Below are positions 28,163-42,586 of a stretch of DNA of 64,000 bases, in pieces. The stretch's first letter is position 1. Every line of letters begins with the position of its first letter. The notes under the pieces were generated by a model. It was not told the DNA's origin. It saw only the letters and a program-made list of their open reading frames with translations, and did not search any database. The DNA lies in assembly GCF_009914755.1 (NCBI RefSeq), contig NC_060937.1. One strand, given 5' to 3'. The translations under genes were made by a program, and so were the position numbers. Source of the DNA: the human T2T-CHM13v2.0 reference genome, Homo sapiens.

Positions 28163-28678
28163 CTGTATGGCAAAAACTGCAAAATTCTTCCTAGTAGCCA
28201 TTCTCCACTCCTGCCTTATTATGAGAACTCCAATTTTACTCTGGAGAGCAGCAGGCCCAGTCAAAAATTATATTTCTCGCATTCTTTGTAGTTAGGCATG
28301 GCCAGGTATAATAATTCTGCCTAATGAAACCTACATGGAAGTTGGCTGGGGATGGATTTTTGGGCAAGTTTGCTTTCTTGCTATAATGACGCAACTCCTT
28401 CCTGTGTCTTTCCTTCTCTTTTCTTATGTGATTTCAGCTGGAAAAAGAAGATGTGATGGCAGGCGAAGCAGCAGCAACCATCGTAGACAACTATCCAGGT
28501 AAAGCGAATAGCACCAGAGAGACCTCAGACCTGGCAGCCTTGAACCACTGGACCAGTACCAACAAACCCCACATCTGGATTTTACTGTGTCCAGAGAGAA
28601 ACATCTTCTACTTGTTTCAGATACCGTTTGGCAGAATTTTCTGTTACTCACATGTGGATGCCGTGTCTAACTGACACA
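28163..28678 (+). mobile_element. Old ERVL-MaLR LTR (MLT1J/K/L-like)
   Basis: TG...CA ends (tgtatggc...ctaactgacaca) and MLT1-like internal motifs (ggcatggccagg, gcagcagcaaccatc, atcttctacttgtttcag). Subfamily uncertain. Confidence 0.55.
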
Positions 28679-30983
28679 TCAAGTAACCAAAGCCTGACTT
28701 GGGTGGTGGCGGTTACAATGAAGAAGGGTGGGCCGAATCGGGGTATATTTTTGAAGGAAGAAACAATGGGACTTCTTGATGACCTAGAAGTCAGTTGTGG
28801 TGGTGGGAGATGGCAGATATATAAAAAGTACAAGACTTTGGCTTGAGAATTTATGAGAATGGGAAGGAAAAACCAGAAGAGGAGCAGGTTTGAAGATTAA
28901 AAGCAAGGATTCCACTTTTGATATTTCAAAGTTGAGGTGCCTAAGAGGCAGTCTCCACTCCTGTGGTTTCCAGGAGACAGGATCTTGCTGGTCCTGCCCC
29001 ACCCCTTCATTCACTCCTTCTCAGGGAGTGATGAGCCAGCCTGCCCAGGGGGAGTGCCTGTTCTGCTCACCCACTCCCTTGTTTAGGCATCCAAAGTGTA
29101 GCCTCCAGGTAATGTGGCTGGGGCCTTCAGTGCTGCCTGAGGCTGGATGCTCAACACAACGTCCAACATTCAGAAGCCAATTATTGCTGTAAATCTCCAC
29201 GTCATTTTCCAATTTGGTGGTAATACCAAAAAGTATTTGTAGTCCCACATACTACACTTTTCTGTCCCTCTCTCAGTTGCTTCAAATATGGGCCAACTTA
29301 CACCTATATAATGACAGGTAGACATTTTGCGTTCTTTCAGCCACATCACAGGGGCATTTTAATAGGTGCCTCTTTCAATAGTTACTGCCAAAGAAAACGA
29401 AGTTCTCACCTATTCATGGCTGCCCTCTTATCTTTATTGTTAGAGCCAAGGGTTGAGTCTTCCTTGCTCATTAGGACTATAAACTGCATGGAAATTAGAA
29501 CTTATTTAAAATTGATGCCAGTGAGCAAAAGATAAAAACATACAGTAATCATTTCACTGTTCAGGCATATGACTTCTTACCATAACTCTGAAGAAAGTGT
29601 ATTATTAGAATTGTTTTACTATGCTCTCTCTCATTTTTCTCTACCAGTTCACTCTTACCTTCCCTCCATCCACTGATCCATTCTCTTCTTCCCTCCTTTA
29701 AAAACTGCTGTAAATATTGCTTTTTAAAAATTCTATCCCTAATAACCTTAGAGTTTCTAGACATACACTCTTAAATAAAGGGCCATTCCTCAAGGCTGGT
29801 GAATCTAGGTAATGTGGTCTGGTATCAGTCTGTGTGAAGACAGAAGTCTTATTTTTCCTATTCCTTTTCTTTAAAGACAGATTGGTCTTATACTGGATAT
29901 TTGATCACTTATCGGAATTTACATTTGGGAATTTGTTATATCATATGCTACGCTGCTGTAAAACCTGTCTTTGATAAAGTCATGTAAGATACTTTTACAT
30001 TTAAGATCTCAGTTTTGCCCTCTCTTCCATCCTATCCTGACAGATACATTATTCCTTGTGTTTGCACTGATGAAAGAGGTGATAGGCATTTTGGCACACT
30101 ATATCACAGAAAATAGTACTTATCTTCAGAATGGAAATATACATCCCATATGTCACTACCACATAGGGCCCTGCACCTGGTATGGAATGGAGCATGGCAT
30201 TGTTACAGTGTCATTCAATGGCTTTTACCAAGCAAGAGAACATCGGCAGCTGTGATGCATGATGCCACTGTGACATTAACTACAGACACAGATAGAGTGC
30301 CCATAAAAAAAATATACGCCCTTTTTTTGAATAGAGCCCTGGGTAATTACCCTGACTATTGTTCTAAGAGAAAGCCCCACTTACACCCCTTCATCATTTA
30401 GACTCTGGACATAAAAAAAAAATCACTGGCATTGAGTAGTTAAGGCAATTTGCTTTCCAAATGAAGAAAGGACAAAAAAATCTCTACTCTTGAGTTGCCC
30501 ATTTTGACAGCCACAGCTCCCCCAGATAAAAGATCCTGAGGAGTTTTTCTGATAGTACCCTTTTCCTACACAGAGCCCAAGGAAAATGTGTTCAAGTTTG
30601 CTTTCTACTGTCAGCACTAGGAGGACATAGGGGTCTGTGCGGACAGCCTGCAGGTGAACGGTGGCGGCCCTGCAGCTATGATATGAACCATGGTGGGTCC
30701 AGCAGGCACAGATGCATCTAGCTGCCCTGCCCTGGTGGCCAGGCTTGCTGTTCTGAGGAAAAGCTACAGAAACGTTGCTCACCTTGAGAAGTAAACTCTC
30801 AGGGCAGGGTCCGTGTTCCTCCAAGTTGCCACAGAACATGAAATAGGTTATGAAGTTTGCCATTCAATATGGAGTAAAAATGGGAAATTATTGAACTACT
30901 TACCCCCAAATGAAAAAGTAAAATTAATAAAAAAGAAAAGGCAAAATCACAACAAAAGAGATGGCCCCCAAAATTTTACTTAC

Positions 30984-31196
30984 ATTGAGTGAGAATCCCA
31001 GTTAAGGCATTTTTAAAATTCTCCTTGGCTTCCTCCATCTCTTGCTCATGGGTGGCTTTTTCATTCATTAGCCGGCGGACGTGGCTGTTGGCCGACTGCA
31101 CCATGGAATAGAACTGGTTTGCAGAGCGCCGATTCACTTCCCCTCGTTCAATCCAGGAAAGCAGCACTGTGATAGCCTCTGAAAACTTGCTATCAT
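30984..31196 (-). CDS. ENOX1: ENOX1 coding exon D (213 nt, phase 1-1): DDSKFSEAITVLLSWIERGEVNRRSANQFYSM...LTGILTQ
   Basis: Acceptor catttccag|AT, donor CAAT|gtaagt. Overlaps ORF 30976..31167. Confidence 0.96.
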
Positions 31197-34100
31197 CTGG
31201 AAATGGAAAACCACCAAGTACAAATCATGCCAAGATGAGAAAATACACTTTATTCTTGTTCCTCTCAAAAGACAGAGCATAGTCCAACCTAGTGGATATA
31301 TTTTCAGAACTCAGCAAGTTAGCTTTCCTGAGACTGACTGCCATATCATCACTTAACTTCTCTTTTCCCATCTAACTTCAGGGCACCACAGAACCACTCA
31401 GGAGGTTCACACTCTCATCTACCAACTCCATGAGCTCAGCTGTAGGAGATTTGTTCTGGGCATTCTTAGGAATAAGGTACAGCCTCATTCTTCCACCAAA
31501 CCTTGATTTCTCTTTCTTAAGATGGACTTGAAAAACTGTTACTAACCTACTTGGCCTCCACTTCATTTCTTTGTTCCTTTATCAAAAATATTATACAGTG
31601 TTACCAGTTTTCTCATTTATAGAATCAGCTGAATTAGTATTAAAATGTGGAAGAAAGATTGGATTTTTTTAAAAGTGTTTGTAATGTATGGTATTGTCCC
31701 TAAGGCAGGTAGTAGGAATAAGTCAATTCTTGTTCTACTGTAGTTCAAAACTAATTCCATTTTAGGGCTAATACCATATATTTAATTAGGCTGAAAAATA
31801 GAATATTTCCTAATTTTCCACAAAAGAGAACATGTTTCCTGAAGTGTTCCGTGTTTGCTTTAGATGGCTATGGAGAGCCCATCTGAACCCAGTTTGAGAT
31901 GTATGTGCATGGTGTGGCGGGGGGATAGGAAGTGGGAAATGAAGTTCCGCCTGAAAATAAGTGATAAAGTCTATTTCAAAGAAAACAGACTTGCCTATTT
32001 GGGGATGGTTACTGGAACAAACCCGTGTTGTATGGCTTGGAGGTGGAGAAAAAGAAAGTTTGTGGGTGATTAAGTTAATTAGAACTGGAAGTTGTATGTC
32101 AGTTGTTAGAACATTAACCAATCTGACTACTGCTGAAGGCTCATTGCCTACTTTCCAGGCAAACCTGAGGGGAGAAGCTTTTCATTGTGTTCTGCAATCC
32201 CTAGAAAATGTGCTTTAGGGAAAAATACCCTACATTTTTACAAGTAAACTAGGTAGACTCTGAATTCTAAAAATCAGGAGCAAAATTAGATTGAAAGATT
32301 CAGATTCTCACCCATTCATTTAAAAAATACTGAGTGCCTACTGTGTGCCAGGTACTGTCCCCTCCACTGGAGGGGCATCGGAGACATCCTTATGTTGTTT
32401 GCATATAAACATACATACACTCCACATGAATAGACAGGGGGAGATGCATGCTTGAGAAAAAGATTTCGTTTCACTCACCAGATTTTAAAATCAATCATTG
32501 AGTTCTTATTAGTATTTTACACATCATACGAAACCTTCCCACCGTTGAGTGCTTTGTAAATTTATAGGGTGCTTTACAAACATCTTTAGTATCTTTTCTC
32601 CCAAAGACCTCCTCCCAGACCAGGAGTACAGCTTCCTTAGCATGGCTGCTGCTTGCCCAGGAGGTGTGTGTCCTGAATGAAGGTGGGGCTGAACCTAATT
32701 CAAGGTCCTACGGCTGAACTCTGGAAACCTCTGCCTTCCCCAGGAAAGAAAGCAGCTTTTAGGGATGTACCCATGCTCAGGCACCATTCTAAGTCCTCTC
32801 CTGCTGCACAGCAGCCTTCTAGATTTGGGGATCAAAGGTTTTTTTTCTGAGCAAACCTGCCCCCCTGCCCTCACACTTTAACCAGAGGAGATAACTGGCC
32901 TGGGAATGCCCACAAAACACCCTGTGAATGACAGACTCAAGTTTCCTTGAAAATCTCAACCCATAGGCACAGAACACACTTACTGAGTATCGTAGCCACT
33001 TATACCATTTTGTTAACTCTGGAATTTCAGTCTAAGTTCAACCCTCAGTGAACTCCAGCTGCAATGGTTTCTTATCTCATTTCATGGACCGAAGCAGCTT
33101 GTGTAAGATAAAATCTATCACACAACTTAACATTACGTTCAGCCCATGGAGAGGCCCATAATTTAGCATGATGTTTGTGAGAGGCTCACTGCAACCGTTA
33201 CTGGCAGAATAAATTGTGCCTCCCTCCACACTCTCTACCTCTCTTCCCACCAATATATGTTAGGAGAATGGACCTCAGAACAGACAGCAGAAATAAACCT
33301 AATGCTTAGAAGAAATCTTTTTTTTTTCCTCTGAAAAGATAACAACAGAAAAAGAGAACACTGACTTCATGTACTATTTTTCCCCTTTGCTGTGAGTTTC
33401 ATGTCTACATAACACAGAGAAAGAAAAATCCTTAACATTTTTGTTATGAGCTTTGCAGGGACAGAGTGTAATGCTGTTCACCTCTTTCTGTCATATACAG
33501 GTAGTTTTTCCTTCTCTTGCTTGTGGTCGCTTAGTTCATAAACAGACTAACTTTACTATCAGGAAAAAAAACACTTCAATTTTAAAAATGCATGTTTGCT
33601 CAAATGCTCTGAAAGCCACATTTTATTGCCCTTCACACCTAGACCTAGAGCACAATAAGTTCACCAGCAGATTATAGTTTCAGAAAGAGGAAACAATATT
33701 CTTAGGATTAAGCCACTGAAAATACACAATTTCAAAAGTAAGTAGCCAAGAGATTTTCTAACATGTTAACAAGTACTAGGAAGCAGAATTCCATTAGCCT
33801 AAAAGAGGAATATAGTTTCAAAGACTCCCAATTTCATCTTCATTTCTGAACTTTCTGAAACTGACAGGCCGATATATGATTGATGTACTGACATTCAAAT
33901 TAAATTAAAAAAACATTAGTTAAGGCATGCTTGATAACTCCAGTCAATATTTGTTGCCATGTAAGAAGTGACTTTAATTTATATTAATTAAGACTAAGTC
34001 AGTAACTCCCTCTGGATGGCTACAGGAGGATATTGGGAGCGGTCATTTTCAATACTCAACTGTAAATTCTATTTTGTATTCAGTGGAAAGATCACTGAGA

Positions 34101-34874
34101 AAGCAGAAAACAATATAAACTAATTTAAACAGGATTTAGATTGCAGCATTATTAAAGCTATTCATGTGGAAAGAAATTAACACTGCTTGTAAAAATCACA
34201 TCAAACATGCACTTATAAAAATTCCAAATACTTTCTGTGAACATGCTCAGGCATAACTCTGAACTGGATGCAGTTTAGAAGCTAGAATGTGCAGATGTGC
34301 TTTTTCCACTATAAGAATTGAGAACGATTGGTATATGATGGAGTGAATATAAATCATTTGCTCATTAGAAATTACCCACCGTTTTCTAATCAGGTCCTCA
34401 CAATGTTAATGCACCTGAGTTAATGGACAGGTCCATTCACGGGTCTTGCCTTTTTCCCTTCCATCCGTCCGTCCCCGCTTCCTTTGCCAGAGCCCTCTTT
34501 GTTAAACAGCACGGCGTGCCTCCCTGCATCTGCTCATGCTGTGCACTTATCCTTGGGTCTCTCCCACTCCTGGTCCCCCTGGTCAGCTGTTATTCTTCCC
34601 TCAAGATTCAGCGTAAGTGCCCTTTAATAAAGAAATCTCTTCTGCAACTCTAGGATGAATTAGGTGTCTCTTTGCTATGTTTCCACAATTCCCCGCATAT
34701 CCTGCTATTAAAGCATTAGTCGCACTGTATGGTAATTGTTGGTTTACAGATCTGTCTCCAGTTTTGAGGGGCTAATATGAGAATAAAATTTCCAAAGACA
34801 TATTTCTAGACATATTTCTGTCTTCTGGTTACTCTGAGTTTTTCCCTTTGTATTTTATATTTTATTGCATTCTA

Positions 34875-35492
34875 CAGTAGTTCCTCCTTATCCACAGTTT
34901 CACCTTCTGAGGTTTCAGTTACCCTAGGTCTCAGTTAACTGTGGTCAACTGCAGACCGAAAATAGTAAATGCAAAATTGCAGATACAAGCAATTCATACA
35001 TTTTAAATTGCACACTGTTCTGAATAGCATAATGAAATGTCACGCTGTCTCACTCTGACCTGACCGGGATATGAATCATCCCTTTGTCCAGGGTATCCAC
35101 GTTGTCTACACTACCTCCCTGTGAATCACTTGGTAGCCACCTGGGTTATCAGATCCACTGTAATGGTACAGCAGTGTTTGTGTTCAAGAAACCCTTATTT
35201 GGCTTAATAATAGCCCCAAAATGCAAGAGTAGTGATGCTGGCAATTTGGAAATGCCAAAGAAAAGCCACCAAGTGCTTCCTTTACGTGAAAAGGTAAAAG
35301 TTCTTCACAATAAAGAAAGAAATTGTATGCTGAGGTTGCTAAAATCTAGGATAAGAACAATTTATCTATGAAATTGTGAAGAAGTAAAAAGAAGCTTGTG
35401 CATAGTATATATAGTGTTCAGTACTATCCATGGTTTCAGGCATCCACTGGGGATCTTGGAATGTATCCCCCAAGGGTAAGGGGAGACTACTG
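34875..35492 (+). mobile_element. MER44 (Tigger7-derived TcMar element)
   Basis: TA|CAGTAGTTCCTCCTTATCC...GGTAAGGGGAGACTACTG|TA TIRs with TA TSD; transposase N-terminal remnant MPKKSHQVLPLREKVKVL. Confidence 0.88.
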
Positions 35493-36874
35493 TATTCCTA
35501 ATAGATTTGTAGCAATTAATACTGGAAAGATACAAATGTAATGGTTAAAAGTTAGGAAACATCAGAGTTGATAATAAACATTTAAATTTCATGTCAAAGA
35601 GTATTTTCACACATGCCATTATCTACGAGAGATAGATGTTCTCATGACAATTAAGCTGAATGATCCCGTTATACTTCAGGCTTCAGAAGTCATTATCACT
35701 GGCAATGAAAGTTAAGAGTGATGTCAGATAATCCCACAGAAGCAAGGCCCTCTGCAGTGAGGCACTAAACAGTTTATCAAATAACTCAAAAATGTTTTTG
35801 AAAGCATTTTTAATTCTGGGAACGTAATTGCTCTTTAGCTTTGTGAGGAGTAAATAATATTATAATGATACTATCAGATGTCACCACTGGAATCCACGCC
35901 CATCTCATTTCATTTCTGGTTATTTCAGACTTTGTTAACCCCCTTCCTTCTCCCTCTCTTCCACATTTATTGAGTACTTGGCACATAGTACTCAAAACAG
36001 GCATTACAAAACTGCATATGGGAGAACTCTTTGCTATATTCTAAGACCAGGTGCAGGAGCAGCCTTTGTGAGCTTGTTAAAAACACAGACTCAGCCTTTC
36101 TCACACCTCCAGAATTGGAATCTGCATTTTACTCCAGGTGATTTGTACGCACATGGAGGTTTGAGAAACACTGAAGAAAGGACTCAGTGAAGGCCAGGTA
36201 AACTGGTTAGGAGCTGACCAAAGTAAGAGATAATGAAATCCTGAAGTGGAAAGTAGCAGCTGAGATACTAGAGACTTTCAAAAGGAATAGATGTGATTCT
36301 TAAGAGCTTTGTGAGTCTCTATCCCTGTCCCCACAGCTGTCACTTCTATCCAGGAAATAAAAAGGGTTCAAGACTTGGAAATGGGCATAGAGATTACTAT
36401 AGACCCTTTCTATGGAATGCTGGGCATGAATTACCTAATTCTACAGGGGGTGGGAAACTTTAATTCTTTGGCTAATCTCTGACTAGGCTATTTTACAACT
36501 TTGTAGGAGTAGAACATAAATTGTGGCAAACTGATAACAATACAAATAATTCGTCTCTGTAACAATGCAAATTAATTTTTGTTCAGTAGAAAATGTAAAT
36601 CTTTATAAAGCGAATTCTCCTTCGAAACAGTTTTAACATTTTCTTGGTCTCCTTATTAATTAGTGAGTTAAATAAAATCATTGGCACATGTTCATTTTAT
36701 ATTTGTAAGACAGTCATGATTTCACCGCCACAGTATTCTTTAACAAAAGACAGGGCCCATGCTACAGTCATATCTGAAAGTCCAGGGCATGGCACAAAGC
36801 GATGGGTACCTGGTGAATTTTAATTAAACTGATACATAGATAATGATGGGGAAAATAAACCAAATTGGTAAGTG

Positions 36875-37174
<300 letters not shown>

Positions 37175-37823
37175 GGTGTTTTTTTCCTCCCGCTTTGTGT
37201 GCACAGGGAGAAGCAGCCCTGAATTTCAGAACAATAGATAGGATAAGAGCCAAGCCGGGAGCACTGAATACGAAACTTAGGTGGGCTATAGTATCCTTAT
37301 TTACAGCTGGGTCTATAAAGGAACAATGAGGAGACAGGGATTTTATGTTTGAACGGAACGAGGGAAAACAAGGAAGGCATTCTAAAATGCTTTTCTTTCC
37401 AAAGAAATGGAGGGACACACACATGTGTACACACATACACACACAAGGAAAGGTATGTCTGTAGTTATCACTGATTTCTGGCTCCAAAGATAGCTGGAAA
37501 TTGCTCACAGTGTACAGTCACAGAGTCATCTAAGCAGATTTGGAATTTCAGTATGGTCAAAGCATTGCTGCTATCACAATCCCCAAATTTCTGTACATGT
37601 CCCTAAAGAAGTCTCCTTTTCCTGGCTGCTCAATTAACCCCGCATCAACTAACCAGATCACAGACAGCATAAAAGGCTAAACAAAGAGTTAATGTTCCCT
37701 TCTACCCCCAAAACACACATGCAATCTCCTTAACTATTTAGTAGCTGTAAAAATGAGAAAATTAAGGGGGCAATATGAAAATGCACTGATTATTCCTGCT
37801 TTAGGGTCGAGCAAAATATTTCT

Positions 37824-38310
37824 TTTTATTTTATTTATTTATTTATTTTATTTATTTATTTATTTATTTTTTATTATACTTTAAGTTTTAGGGTACATGT
37901 GCACATTGTGCAGGTTAGTTACATATGTATACATGTGCCATGCTGGTGCGCTGCACCCACTAACTCGTCATCTAGCCTTAGGTATATCTCCCAATGCTAT
38001 CCCTCCCCCCTCCCCCCACCCCACCACAGTCCCCAGAGTGTGATATTCCCCTTCATGTGTCCATGTGATCTCATTGTTCAATTCCCACCTATGAGTGAGA
38101 ATATGCGGTGTTTGCTTTTTTGTTCTGGCGATAGTTTACTGAGAATGATGATTTCCAATTTCATCCATGTCCCTACAAAGGACATGAACTCATCATTTTT
38201 TATGGCTGCATAGTATTCCATGGTGTATATGTGCCACATTTTCTTAATCCAGTCTATCATTGTTGGACATTTGGGTTGGTTCCAAGTCTTTGCTATTGTG
38301 AATAATGCCA
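37824..38310 (-). mobile_element. 5'-truncated young L1 (L1PA2-like) 3' end with (TAAA)n tail and 14-bp TSD
   Basis: ORF2 C-terminus (LFTIAKTWNQPKCPTMIDWIKKMWHIYTMEYYAAIK...) plus 3'UTR; TSD AGCAAAATATTTCT at 37810-37823 and 38311-38324; GAG rather than ACA at the Ta-diagnostic site. Confidence 0.95.
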
Positions 38311-41300
38311 AGCAAAATATTTCTAAATAAAACGGCCTATCTTGCCTCTATGAAGGTCAATAACACATAAGGAAATAATTTGCAAACAGGCTCCTATGTT
38401 TCATATTTCCCTTACTCTATGAAGGAAGCCTGGCTTTTAGCTAATGGGACATCCACTTGGCTCATAACATTATTGATTTTTACTTTCATGGAACCATAAA
38501 TACTGACAACCATCTCAGCAAAATGCTGGTACCACATCTGCCCCTTCCTCCCTCTGGCAGGCTGACATGGGGCTATTCTATATGCAAATAAGAGTCCAGT
38601 TCTCTGGAAATTATGAATGTTGATCCCAGGAGGATGGTATTCTTGTTGACACATCAGGAAATCCCAAAGGCCCTGCCTGCAAGGCTTTGTCAGGACGTCA
38701 CCTAATTCAGAGAGAAACTCTTCATTTCATCACAAAATGAAAGATTATGTGAAGCTTTCTAAGGGGGTACAAAGTACGTAAAAACTTTTAAATGCTCTTG
38801 CCAAGAGAAATCCCGGTGAATTAGAATATAATCCTTCCTCACTGTCTAATCAATCTCTTCCTCCCACAGTCCAAACACAGGGTTCCTCCAGGGGTGGATG
38901 GTCTGTGTTAGACACACTGAAATTCATTATCTCATCTGCCTGGTTGCCACTGTTTCCAATAAAGTGTAATTATGGTGTTATTGAGCTCCTTCCCACTTTC
39001 TCAAAGCCATGCTATAAACTTTGGGTTTCTGAGCAGTTACTTCCCAGTCGGTCTTCATTAAGTTGAATTGTCTCGGAACAATGTCTGTTTAACCAGCAGG
39101 ATGCTTACTAATTTTCTTTTTTAGAATTTGTATTAATGTAACAGGCACTGGGTGACTCCATGTCTCAGGCACTACACAAATACAACACAGTGTTACCTCT
39201 GGTTTCAGAAGGTCAAGTAGCCAGTGAATGGGATAACCTGGTCCCAGAAGATCCTCCCTCTCTCACTCCAGCACTGCCCATCCGGGCTGGCTATCTCCCC
39301 TGTGACAGCACTGTGCACTTCCCACATATAACAGGAGGATTATTATATTTATTATAATAGTGCACTATTATAAGTGGCAAACGCAAGGTGATTTGTTATT
39401 GCCTGTGTCACTCAAGACACCTAAACTCTTTGAGGCAGGGGCTTGTTCACCGTTGTCCTTTCCACCACTGGCTAGGACAGCGCCAGTCATATGGTAAAAT
39501 GCTGATTAACGAATACTTCTTGAGTGATTGGAAGGATGGCTGAGCACACATCACATCATTTCCATGTACATCTGGTCATGCCCAGTAGAACCACTGGACA
39601 GAAATTCAACGTGCTCATAGATCCAAATAGCAGAAGAAGAGAGAAAAGAATTATTTTTACTGAGCACCTACTATGTGCACAGTTTTAGCATTGGACAGGA
39701 CATGGAGAGGGCCTTGTGGGTCATAAGAAAGACTTGGTTTGTACAGATTTTGCTAAATAAAGCTGATTTTCAAAGAGAAAATTGTAAGAATAAACAAGTA
39801 TGATATAAAATAGAGGAAAAGTATCTGTAATAAATCTAAGTAAGATTTCTCAGGGGAGGAAAAAAATCAAATCCAATTAGGTATTTTCAGATTGCATTTC
39901 CATTTCCTTTCTGACACAGATTTCTTTACCTTAGGTATTGACTGTATTTTATGTCCCCGCATCAATGAAATCATCTTCAGGGAAACAGTGTCCTCAGCTC
40001 CTCCTGTCTGGCTTTGCAACATTATAAGGAGCATGGAGTGGATTTCCTCTCTAAGGCAGCCAATTTCCTAAGCAATTAAATGCTGTTTATATTCCAAACT
40101 CTATGCTTGGGTTGAAATTGTCAAGCTTGATATTACCTGACTCTTGCCTAAGATGTATCCCCAGCTAGTTCATTCTACTGTAACAGCCATCTATTAAAAT
40201 TTCCAATCTGTTCTTTCCTCAAGGGATCACACAGTACTTGGCAAAGGTACAGCTTCTGAATTCTGTAAATTATACTCATCTATATAAATATATACTTTTG
40301 AAATGGCAAGGCTTGCAAATTACTTTACCAAATTGACATCCCAATCTGTTATCCTCTAAAAGGAGCGGCAAATGCCACATACTTCATACGTGCGGAGACA
40401 CTTCTGTACTGGGTTCTTAAAAACAACATAACCAGATGATACGCTTTTATGAAATTCCTCCAGGAGGTCACAGATCAAGGTGCAGTTTTTGTCACTTCTA
40501 GGTGTGGACAAACTGAATACAGTTAGTCTGTGTAGATCATAATCTGATACCACAATACATTGGATATTAAAGAAAAATTATTGTTCCAGTGAATACTCCT
40601 TGTTGAGAACATTGCTGCTGTATCTCATTTTGGCCACTCCTTATGGTTTCTAGGCTGGAGGGAAAAGTGAGATGATATCTGTATCTGCACTGCATATGCC
40701 CTTTATTAAAGGCACAGCCATGGCCTATGTATTTACATCAGTAAGACATGTTTTCTCAAAGCAGCAGACACACCACAAGAGCATCAGCAAGAAGCATTCC
40801 TTGGTTACGGTGCGGGTATTTCAGTGGCAGCTGCAGTTGATTAAGGATTCTCAAGCCCTGGATGGGGGATGAAGATTGGAAGCACAGCACCCCCGCTGCC
40901 ACCTTTTTTTTTTTTTTTTTAAAGCATAGAATGTCAACTTCCTATCTTCCTAAAATAGGTGTTAGGCAGCTTTTCATACATTTTTTTTAGTGAAAACATC
41001 CAATCCACTTTATACACTGCCAGCAATACACCAGCTATGTTCTAAAACACTTGAAGGATCAATCACATCCCTCTTCTCATCAGAAATCTGTTAATGGCTT
41101 CTCCACTGTTTATGGAATAAAACCCAAATCCAGCAATAGCCTTCAGGGCTCTGCCATCTGGCCCAGACTGCCATTCCAGCTTTACCTCACTCTAGAAAGG
41201 CAGCTTCTATGCTGAATTCCTTTCTGCTTCTGTGGGTTTTTATTCTTAGGTCTCCAGCCTCTAACTAGAATGCCTTTATGCCTCTTTTTATCCTGGGGAA

Positions 41301-42352
41301 AAAAATCTTATTTATTCTGCAAATTTCAAATTATGCCTCCTCTATAAAGACTTTCTTGACACTTTCATCAACATTATTTGCACTGGCCCCTGAGTCCCCA
41401 AAGCATATTGCATTTACCTTGGTTGACAATCATGCCATTGACTTGGTATTACAGTTAATTGTTTATCTGTAGACACCTACATGTGGCCACCAACTGTGAC
41501 TTACATTCTCTCATCAAATCCTGACAGTGCTCAGTGACCTCAGGAGGGTCTGACCATCATTTGCCTGTAAAATGCCCATATGTTGCTCAGCTCACACAAC
41601 TTTGGTCAGTAATAGAACTGAATTCACATGTCATCCTAACTTCAAAATCTGGCATCACTGTAGTTCACGGGGGCAGGTACCAGAGCCTTCCTATGTCTTT
41701 ATTTCCCACAGCATAAAACACCAGGGAGGGCCTCAGAAAACATTAGAAGAAATAAAACATACTCTCTTCTCTTGCTAGTCATCCTGTAAATGTTGCATGT
41801 GTCCCTTCAACTGCATCTCTGAAGACAGGGATCCCATTCTATGTTTCTTTTCTATCCTCGATGGACCCTAGTACCATGTCTGCTGTTTTGCCTGAAGAAG
41901 GCTTTAGGAGTCTGGTAAACATGCACACTCTATAGAGCTGGAGGAACACTAAGAACGCCCCACCAATGGCACAAATAGTTGCTGGCTCATTAAACACTGG
42001 GTCAGAAGATAATAGCCTGCTTTGGGGACCTTTCTGTCCCCTCATTCAGTGAGTTTTGTTGAGTGACTGTACATACACTTTTATGGAGAACATGGGTGAG
42101 CATTCTGGAAAGGGGCAGGGGTCTGTCCCAGGCAGAAGATGAAGCCCAGGTGTCTGCAGCTTCCAGGAGACCCCCCAGCTAACCCCACCCCAGCTCTGTA
42201 AAGAGTCTGTGCTTACACCAGACTCTTACAGCCTTCTTAAGGCATAGCAGACATTGTGCTGAAGGGACAATGGTGGACGCAGGAGAAACGCACAGGGTTC
42301 CGTGTCTGGGGATCCCTGTGGAGGAAGAAAAGCCAGCGTGGGTGGCCCATAC

Positions 42353-42586
42353 CTTTCAGCTTTTCAGCCAGCAGAGCGGCTTCGTGCTCCGAGTAGTGCA
42401 TTATGGCAGGCGGGGATGGGGGCCTGAGCCGGTCCTCCTCCAGCTTGCGCCGGTGCCGCTCCTCCCGGGCACGCATCCTCTGCTTGCATTCCCACTCATA
42501 GAAGTCATCCCTGGCCTGGGCAAAGTCCACATGAAGGCGGCCTGAATCCTTTTTGTCGGTGCTAGACCCTAATCGCATCCTATAAC
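42353..42586 (-). CDS. ENOX1: ENOX1 coding exon C (234 nt, phase 1-1): GYRMRLGSSTDKKDSGRLHVDFAQARDDFYEWECKQR...LLAEKLK
   Basis: Acceptor ggtttcag|GT, donor AAAG|gtatgg. Overlaps ORF 42237..42596. Encodes the end of the RRM (LHVDFA) plus a charged helix. Confidence 0.96.

Noticed and set aside
29296-29320. tatag|GT|gtaagt on the minus strand (possible recursive site or 2-nt exon)
   Set aside because: No polypyrimidine tract before the AG.
35084-35371. ORF with a Tigger transposase-like N-terminus
   Set aside because: Short remnant within a non-autonomous MER44; no DDE domain.
38078-38311. L1 ORF2 C-terminal peptide
   Set aside because: 5'-truncated element without promoter or ORF start; not a gene.
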